DNA from: Eledone cirrhosa
Lineage: Eukaryota
Direction of reading: 5' to 3'
Assembly (NCBI GenBank): GCA_964016885.1
Contig: OZ024744.1
Location: 13,454,001-13,518,000, forward strand
DNA: 64,000 bases
Under the pieces are notes generated by a model. It was not told the DNA's origin. It did not search any database and saw nothing but the letters and a program-made list of their open reading frames with translations. Position numbers and translations under genes: made by a program. Within the stretch, counting starts at the first letter, position 1, and every line of letters starts with the position of its first letter. Of the stretch, positions 54,761-64,000 are shown piece after piece.

Positions 54761-57700
54761 CAGAGAGTCACTCCAGTTAAAGCCACTCTCTAAATTGAGA
54801 AATCACAACTCCCATTCTATGGACATGTGGTTAGAATGTCTCAGTAGATCAGAGAGTCACTCCAGTTAAAGCTACTCTCTAAATTGAGAGATCACAACAC
54901 CAATACTATGGACATGTGGTTAGAATGTCTCAGTAGATTAGAGTGTCATTCCAGTTAAAGCTACTCTCTAAATTGAGAGATCACAACTTCCATACTATGG
55001 ACATGTGAGTAGAATGTCTCAGTAGATCAGAGAGTCACTCCAGTTAAAGCCACTAATTCTCTAAATTGAGAGATCACAACTCCCATACTATGGACATGTG
55101 GTTAGAATGTCTCAGTAGATCAGAGAGTCACTCCAGTTAAAGCTACTCTCTAAATTGAGAGATCACAACTCCCATACTATGGACATGTGGTTAGAATGTC
55201 TCAGTAGATCAGAGAGTCACTCCAGTTAAAGCTACTCTCTAAATTGAGAGATCACAACTCCCATACTATGGACATGGGGTTTGAATGTCTCAGTAGATCA
55301 GAGATTCACTCCAGTTAAAGCTACTCTCTAAATTGAGAGATCACAACTCCAATACTATGGACATGTGGTTAGAATGTCTCAGTAGATCAGAGAGTCACTC
55401 CAGTTAAAGCTACTCACTAAATTGAGAGATCACAACTCCCATACCATGGACATGGGGTTTGAATGTCTCAGTAGATCAGAGATTCACTCCAGTTAAAGCT
55501 ACTCTCTAAATTGAGAGATAACAACTCCAATACTATGGACATGGGGTTAGAATGTCTCAGTAGATTAGAGTGTCAATCCAGTTAAAGCTACTCTCTAAAT
55601 TGAGAGATCACAACTCCCATACTATGGACATGTGGGTAGAATGTCACAGTAGATCAGAGAGTCACTCCAGTTAAAGCCATTATTCTCTAAATTGAGAGAT
55701 CACAACTCCCATACTATGGACATGGGGTTTGAATGTCTCAGTAGATCAGAGATTCACTCCAGTTAAAGCTACTCTCTAAATTGAGAGATCACAACTCCAA
55801 TACTATGGACATGGGGTTTGAAAGTCTCAGTAGATCAGAGTGTCACCCAGTTAAAGCTACTCTCTAAATTGAGAGATTACAACTCCAATACTATGGGCAT
55901 GTGGTTAGAATGTCTCAGTAGATCAGAGAGTCACTCCAGTTAAAGCCACTCTTTAAATTGAGAGATCACAACTTCCATACTATGGACATGTGGTTAGAAC
56001 GTCTCAGTAGATCAGAGAGTCACTCCAGTTAAAGCAACTCTCTAAGTTGAGAGATCACAACTCCAATACTATGGTCATGTGGTTATAATGTCTCAGTAGA
56101 TCAGAGAGTCACTCCAGTTAAAGCCACTCTCTAAATTGAGAGATCACAACTCCAATAATATGGACATGGGGTTTGAATGTCTCAGTACATCAGAGTGTCA
56201 CTCTAGTTAATGTTACTCTCTAAATAGAGAGATCACAACTCCAATACTATAGACATGGAGTTTGAATGTCTCAGTAGATCAGAGAGTCACTCCAGTTAAA
56301 GCTACTCTCTAAATTGAGAGATCACAACTCCAATACTATGGACATGGGGTTTGAATGTCTCAGTAGATCAGAGTGTCACTCCAGTTAAAGCTACACTCTA
56401 AATTTAGAGATTACAACTCCAATACTATGGACATGGGGTTTGAAAGTCTCAGTAGATCAGAGAGTCACTCCAGTTAAAGCTACTCTCTAAATTGAGAGAT
56501 CACAACTCCAATAATATAGACATGTGATTAGAATGTCTCAGTAGATCAGAGAGTCATTCCAGTTAAAGCCACTCTCTAAATTGAGAGATCACAACTACCA
56601 TACTATGAACATGTGGTTAGAATGTCTCAGTAGATCAGAGAGTCACTCCAGTTAAAGCTACTCTCTAAATTGAGAGATCACAACTCCCATACTATGGAAA
56701 TGTGGTTAGAATGTCTCAGTAGATCAGAGAGTCACTCCAGTTAAAGCCACTCTCTAAATTGAGAGATCACAACTCCCATACTATGGACATGTGGTTAGAA
56801 TGTCTCAGTAGATCAGAAAATCACTCCAGTTAAAGCTACACTCTAAATTGAGAGATCACAATTCCTATACTATGGACATGGGGTTAGAATGTCTCAGTAG
56901 ATCAGAGTGTCACTCCAGTTAAAGCCACTCTCTAAATTGAGGGATCACAACTCCCATACTATGGATATGTGGTTAGAATGTCTCAGTAGATCAGAGAGTC
57001 ACTCCAGTTAAAGCCACTCTCTAAATTGAGAGATCACAACTCCAATACTATGGACATGGGGTTTGAAAGTCTCAGTAGATTAGAGTGTCACTCCAGTTAA
57101 AGTTACTCTCTAAATTGAGAAATCACAACTCCAATACTATGTAAATGGGGTTTGAATGTCTCAGTAGATCAGAGAGTCGCTCAAGTTAAAGCCACTCTCT
57201 AAATTGAGAGATCACAACTCCAATACTATGGATATGTGGTTAGAATGTCTCAGTAGATCAGAGTGTCACTCCAGTTAAAGCTACTCTCTAAATTGAGAGA
57301 TCACAACTCCCATACTATGGACATGTGTTTAGAATGTCTCATTAGATTAGAGTGTCAATCCAGTTAAAGCTACTCTCTAAATTGAGAGATCACAACTCCC
57401 ATACTATGGACATGTGGGTAGAATGTCTCAGTAGATCAGAGAGTCACTCCAGTTAAAGCCACTAATTCTCTAAATTGAGAGATCACAACTCCCATACTAT
57501 GGACATGGGGTTTGAATGTCTCAGTAGATCAGAGATTCACTCCAGGTAAAGCCACTCTCTAAATTGAGAGATCACAACTCCAATACTATGGACATGGGGT
57601 TAGAATGTCTCAGTAGATCAGAGTGTCACTCCAGTTAAAGCCACTCTCTAAATTGAGAGATCACAACTTCCATACTATGGACATGTGGTTAGAATGTCTC

Positions 57701-60700
57701 AGTAGATCAGAGAGTCACTCCAGTTAAAGCAACTCTCTAAGTTGAGAGATCACAACTCCAATACTATGGTCATGTGGTTAGAATGTCTCAGTAGATCAGA
57801 GAGTCACTCCAGTTAAAGCCACTCTCTAAATTGAGAGATCACAACTCCAATAATATGGACATGGGGTTTGAATGTCTCAGTACATCAGAGTGTCACTCCA
57901 GTTAAAGTTACTCTCTAAATTGAGAGATCACAACTCCAATACTATGGACATGGGTTTAGAATGTCTCAGTAGATCAGAGAGTCACTCCAGTTAAAGCTAC
58001 TCTCTAAATTGAGAGATCACAACTCCAATACTATGGACATGGGGTTTGAAAGTCTCAGTAGATCAGAGTGTCACTCCAGTTAAAGCTACTCTCTAAATTG
58101 AGAGATCACAACTTCCATACTATGGACATGTGGTTAGAATGTCTCAGTAGATCAGAGAGTCATTCCAGTTAAAGCAACTCTCTAAGTTGAGAGATCACAA
58201 CTCCAATACTATGGTCATGTGGTTAGAATGTCTCATTAGATCAGAGAGTCACTCCAGTTAAAGCCACTCTCTAAATTGAGAGATCACAACTCCAATAATA
58301 TGGACATGGGGTTTGAATGTCTCAGTACATCAGAGTGTCACTCCAGTTAAAGCTACTCTCTAAATTCTGAGATCACAACTCCAATACTATGGACATGGGG
58401 TTTGAATGTCTCAGTAGATCAGAGAGTCACTTCAGTTAAAGCTACTCTCTAAATTGAGAGATCACAACTCCAATACTATGGACATGGGGTTTGAATGTCT
58501 CAGTAGATCAGAGAGTCACTCCAGTTAAAGCTACTCTCTAAATTGAGAGATCACAACTCCCATACTATGGACATGTGGTTAGAATGTCTCAGTAGATCAG
58601 AGAGTCACTCCAGTTAAAGCCACTCTCTAAATTGAAAGATCACAACTCCTATACTATGGACATGTGTTTAGAATGTCTCAGTAAATCAGAAAGTCACTCC
58701 AGTTAAAGCTACACTCTAAATTGAGAGATCACAGCTCCTATACTATGGACATGGGGTTAGAATGTCTCAGTAGATCAGAGTGTCACTCCAGTTAAAGCCA
58801 CTCTCTAAATTGAGAGATCACAACTCCCATACTATGGACATGTGGTTAGAATGTCTCAGTAGATCAGGGAGTCTCTCCAGTTAAAGCCACTCTCTAAATT
58901 GAGAGATCACAACTCGCATACTATGGACATGTGGGTAGAATGTCTCAGTAGATCAGAGAGTCACTCCAGTTAAAGCCACTCTCTAAATTGAGAGATCACA
59001 ACTCCCATACTATGGATATGTGGGTAGAATGTCTCAGTAGATCAGAGAGTCACTCCAGTTAAAGCCACACTCAGAATTGAGAGATCACAACTCCAATACT
59101 ATGGACATGTGGTTAGAATGTCTCAGTAGATCAGAGTGTCACTCCAGTTAAAGCCACTCTCTAAATTGAGAGATCACAACTTCCATACTATGGACATGTG
59201 GTTAGAATGTCTCAGTAGATCAGAGATTCACTCCAGTTAAAGCTACTCTCTAAATTGAGAGATCACAACTCCCATACTATGGACATGGGGTTTGAATGTC
59301 TCAGTAGATCAGAGAGTCACTCCAGTTAAAGCTACTCTCTAAATTCTGAGATCACAACTCCAATACTATGGACATGGGTTTTGAATGTCTCAGTAGATCA
59401 GAGAGTCACTTCAGTTAAAGCCACTCTCTAAATTGAGAGATCACAACTCCCATACTATGGATATGTGGGTAGAATGTCTCAGTAGATCAGAGTGTCACTC
59501 CAGTTAAAGCTACTCTCTAAATTGAGAGATCACAACTCCAATACTATGGACATGGGGTTTGAAAGTCTCAGTAGATCAGAGTGTCACTCCAGTTAAAGCT
59601 ACTCTCTAAATTGAGAGATTACAACTCCAATACTATGGACATGGGGTTTGAATGTCTCAGTAGATCAGAGAGTCACTCCAGTTAAAGCTACTCTCTAAAT
59701 TGAGAGATCACAACTCCCATACTATGGACATGTGGTTAGAATGTCTCAGTAGATCAGAGAGTCACTCCAGTTAAAGCCACTATCTAAATTGAAAGATCAC
59801 AACTCCTATACTATGGACATGTGTTTAGAATATCTCAGTAAATCAGAAAGTCACTCCAGTTAAAGCTACACTCTAAATTGAGAGATCACAGCTCCTATAC
59901 TATGGACATGGGGTTAGAATGTCTCAGTAGATCAGAGTGTCACTCCAGTTAAAGCCACTCTCTAAATTGAGAAATCACAACTCCCATTCTATGGACATGT
60001 GGTTAGAATGTCTCAGTAGATCAGAGAGTCACTCCAGTTAAAGCCACTCTCTAAATTGAGAGATCACAACTCCAATACTATGGACATGTGGTTAGAATGT
60101 CTCAGTAGATTAGAGTGTCATTCCAGTTAAAGCTACTCTCTAAATTGAGAGATCACACCTTCCATACTATGGACATGTGAGTAGAATGTCTCAGTAGATC
60201 AGAGATTCACACCAGTTAAAGCTACTCTCTAAATTGAGAGATCACAACTCCAATACTATGGACATGGGGTTGGAATGTCTCAGTAGATCAGAGATTCACT
60301 CCAGTTAAAGCTACTCTCTAAATTGAGAGATCACAACTCCAATACTATGGACATGGGGTTTGAAAGTCTCAGTAGATCAGAGTGTCACTCCAGTTAAAGC
60401 TACTCTCTAAATTGAGAGATTACAACTCCAATACTATGGAAATGTGGTTAGAATGTCTCAGTAGATTAGAGAGTCACTCCAGTTAAAGCCACTCTCTAAA
60501 TTGAGAGATCACAACTCCAATATTATGGACATGGGGTTAGAATGTCTCAGTAGATCAGAGTGTCACTCCAGTTAAAGCCACTCTCTAAATTGAGAGATCA
60601 CAACTTCCATACTATGGACATGTGGTTAGAATGTCTCAGTAGATCAGAGAGTCACTCCAGTTAAAGCAACTCTCTAAGTTGAGAGATCACAACTCCAATA

Positions 60701-61029
60701 CTATGGTCATGTGGTTAGAATGTCTCAGTAGATCAGAGAGTCGCTCCAGTTAAAGCCACTCTCTAAATTGAGAGATCACAACTTCCATACTATGGACATG
60801 TGGTTAGAATGTCTCAGTAGATCAGAGAGTCACTCCAGTTAAAGCAACTCTCTAAGTTGAGAGATCACAACTCCAATACTATGGTCATGTGGTTAGAATG
60901 TCTCAGTACATCAGAGTGTCACTCTAGTTAATGTTACTCTCTAAATTGAGAGATCACAACTCCAATACTATGGACATGGGGTTTGAATGTCTCAGTAGAT
61001 CAGAGAGTCACTCCAGTTAAAGCTACTCT

Positions 61030-64000
61030 CTACATTGACAGATCACAACTCCAATACTATGGACATGGGATTTGAAAGTCTCAGTAGATCAGAGTGTCAC
61101 TCCAGTTAAAGCTACTCTCTAAATTGAGAGATTACAACTCCAATACTATGGACATGGGGTTTGAATGTCTCAGTAGATCAGAGAGTCACTCCTGTTAAAG
61201 CTACTCTCTAAATTGAGAGATCACAACTCCCATACTATGGACATGTGGTTAGAATGTCTCAGTAGATCAGAGAGTCACTCCAGTTAAAGCTACTCTCTAA
61301 ATTGAGAGATCACAACTCCCATACTATGGACATGTGGTTAGAATGTCTCAGTAGATCAGAGAGTCACTCCAGTTAAAGCCACTCTCTAAATTGAGAGATC
61401 ACAACTCCCATACTATGGACATGTGTTTAGAATGTCTCAGTAGATCAGAGAGTCAATCCAGTTAAAGCTACTCTCTAAATTGAGAGATCACAACTCCTAT
61501 ACTATGGACATGGGGTTAGAACGTCTCAGTAGATCAGAGTGTCACTCCAGTTAAAGCCACTCTCTAAATTGAGAGATCACAACTCCCATACTATGGACAT
61601 GTGGTTAGAATGTCTCAGTAGATCAGAGAGTCACTCCAGTTAAAGCCACTCTCTAAATTGAGAGATCACAACTCGCATACTATGGACATGTGGTTAGAAT
61701 GTCTCAGTAGATCAGAGAGTCACTCCAGTTAAAGCTACTCTCTAAATTGAGAGATCACAACTCCCATAGTATGGACTTGTGGTTAGAATGTCTCAGTAGA
61801 TCAGAGAGTCACTCCAGTTAAAGCCACTCTCTAAATTGAGAGATCACAACTCCCATACTATGGACATGTGGTGAGAATGTCTCAGTAGATCAGAGAGTCA
61901 CTCCAGTTAAAGCTACTCTCTAAATTGAGAGATCACAACTCCTATACTATGGACATGGGGTTAGAATGTCTCAGTAGATCAGAGTGTCACTCCAGTTAAA
62001 GCCACTCTCTAAATTGAGAGATCACAACTCCAATACTATGGACATGTGGTTAGAATGTCTCAGTAGATTAGGGAGTCACTCCAGTTACAGCCACTCTCTA
62101 AATTGAGAGATCACAACTCCAATACTATGGACATGTGGTTAGAATGTCTCAGTAGATCAGAGAGTCACTTCAGTTGAAGCCACTCTCTAAATTGAGAGAT
62201 CACAACTCCAATAGTATGGTCATGGGGTTTGAATGTCTCAGCAGATCAGAGTGTCAATCCAGTTAAAGTTACTCTCTAAATTGAGAGATCACAACTCCAA
62301 TACTATGGACATGGGGTTTGAATGTCTCAGTAGATCAGAGAATCACTCCAGTTAAAGCTACACTCTAAATTGAGAGATCACAACTCCAATACTATGGACA
62401 TGTGGTTAGAATGTCTCAGTAGATCAGAGAGTCATTCCAGTTAAAGCCACTCTCTAAATTGAGAGATCACAACTCCCATACTATGGACATGTGGTTAGAA
62501 TGTGTTAGTAGATCAGAGAGTCACTCCAGTTAAAGCTACTCTCTAAATTGAGAGATCACAACTCCCATACTATGGAAATGTGGTTAGAATGTCTCAGTAG
62601 ATCAGAGAGTCAGTCCAGTTAAAGCCACTCTCTAAATTGAGAGATCAGACCTCCCATACTATGGACATGTGGTTTGAATGTCTCAGTAGATCAGAAAGTC
62701 ACTCCAGTTAAAGCTACACTCTAAATTGAGATATCACAATTCCTATACTATGGACATGTGCTTAGAATGTCTCAGTAGATCAGAGAGTCACTTCAGTTGA
62801 AGCCACTCTCTTAATTGAGAGATCACAACTCCAATAGTATGGTCATGGGGTTTGAATGTCTCAGTAGATCAGAGTGTCAATCCAGTTAAAGTTACTCTCT
62901 AAATTGAGAGATCACAACTCCAATACTATGGACATGTGGTTAGAATGTCTCAGTAGATCAGAGAGTCACTCCAGTTAAAGCCACTCTCTAAATTGAGAGA
63001 TCAGAACTCCCATACTATGGACATGTTGTTAGAATGTCTCAGTAGATCAGAAAGTCACTCCAGTTAAATCTACACTCTATATTGAGAGATCACATTTCCT
63101 ATACTATGGACATGGGGTTAGAATGTCTCAGTAGATCAGAGTGTCACTCCAGTTAAAGCCACTCTCTAAATTGAGGGATCACAACTCCCATACTATGGAC
63201 ATGTGGTTAGAATGTCTCAGTAGATCAGAGAGTCACTCCAGTTAAAGCCACTCTCTAAATTGAGAGATCACAACTCCAATACTATGGACATGGGATTTGA
63301 AAGTCTCAGTAGATCAGAGTGTCACTCCAGTTAAAGCTACTCTCTAAATTGAGAGATTACAACTCCAATACTATGGACATGGGGTTTGAATGTCTCAGTA
63401 GATCAGAGAGTCACTCCTGTTAAAGCTACTCTCTAAATTGAGAGATCACAACTCCCATACTATGGACATGTGGTTAGAATGTCTCAGTAGATCAGAGAGT
63501 CACTCCAGTTAAAGCTACTCTCTAAATTGAGAGATCACAACTCCCATACTATGGACATGTGGTTAGAATGTCTCAGTAGATCAGAGAGTCACTCCAGTTA
63601 AAGCCACTCTCTAAATTGAGAGATCACAACTCCCATACTATGGACATGTGTTTAGAATGTCTCAGTAGATCAGAGAGTCAATCCAGTTAAAGCTACTCTC
63701 TAAATTGAGAGATCACAACTCCTATACTATGGACATGGGGTTAGAACGTCTCAGTAGATCAGAGTGTCACTCCAGTTAAAGCCACTCTCTAAATTGAGAG
63801 ATCACAACTCCCATACTATGGACATGTGGTTAGAATGTCTCAGTAGATCAGAGAGTCACTCCAGTTAAAGCCACTCTCTAAATTGAGAGATCACAACTCG
63901 CATACTATGGACATGTGGTTAGAATGTCTCAGTAGATCAGAGAGTCACTCCAGTTAAAGCTACTCTCTAAATTGAGAGATCACAACTCCCATAGTATGGA
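61030..64000. repeat. Block duplicated at 25-monomer (2225 bp) spacing, truncated by the window end
   Basis: CCTGTTAAAG at 61191 and 63416; ACTCGCATAC at 61671 and 63896; GGGATTTGAAAG and CCATAGTATGG recur at the same offset. Confidence 0.82.

Larger units (their letters stand above)
1..64000. repeat. 89-bp tandem satellite DNA array (about 719 copies, head-to-tail, one orientation, running off both window ends)
   Basis: Monomer 1-89 is followed by the next CTCC at 90, 179 and so on. The TAAATTGAGAGATCAC and GTCTCAGTAGATCAG cores recur about every 89 bp to the end of the window. Monomers differ by a few substitutions and rare small indels. Confidence 0.99.

Noticed and set aside
1-64000. CRISPR array or repeat-spacer system
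   Set aside because: There are no unique spacers. The entire 89 bp is repeated with only point variants, and there is no leader or cas gene.
1-64000. Repetitive protein-coding ORF
   Set aside because: The consensus has stops in all three + frames (TAG, TAA, TAG) and all three - frames (TGA, TAG, TAA), and 89 is not a multiple of 3. Only tiny ORFs such as MDMWLECLSRSESHSS* occur.
1-64000. Embedded transposon, inversion or unique island
   Set aside because: None was seen on reading through. The only departures from the monomer are small indels, the 21-bp deletion and the cluster at about 26966.

Overview
The whole 64 kb window is one uninterrupted, head-to-tail, single-orientation tandem array of an 89-bp satellite (about 719 monomers; consensus CTCC(C/A)ATACTATGGACATG(T/G)GGTTAGAATGTCTCAGTAGATCAGAG(A/T)GTCACTCCAGTTAAAGC(C/T)ACTCTCTAAATTGAGAGATCACAA; about 42% GC by hand count). 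The consensus has stop codons in all six frames. I saw no genes, RNA genes, transposon insertions, inversions or CRISPR spacers. It looks like eukaryotic centromeric, pericentromeric or heterochromatic satellite DNA, but I cannot name the family or the organism. The structure worth attention lies in the variant pattern: a mosaic of local higher-order repeats (HORs) and block duplications of different orders (18-mer, 13-mer, a 17-32-mer family, 23-mer, 16-mer, 28-mer, 25-mer), an older monomer order shared across the window, positional turnover of variants, propagated 68-bp and 93-bp monomers, and a monomer rich in dyad symmetry whose recurrent variants perfect those palindromes. I found no evidence for a novel protein- or RNA-based system. 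All periods were measured by hand from diagnostic variants, and block boundaries are approximate.
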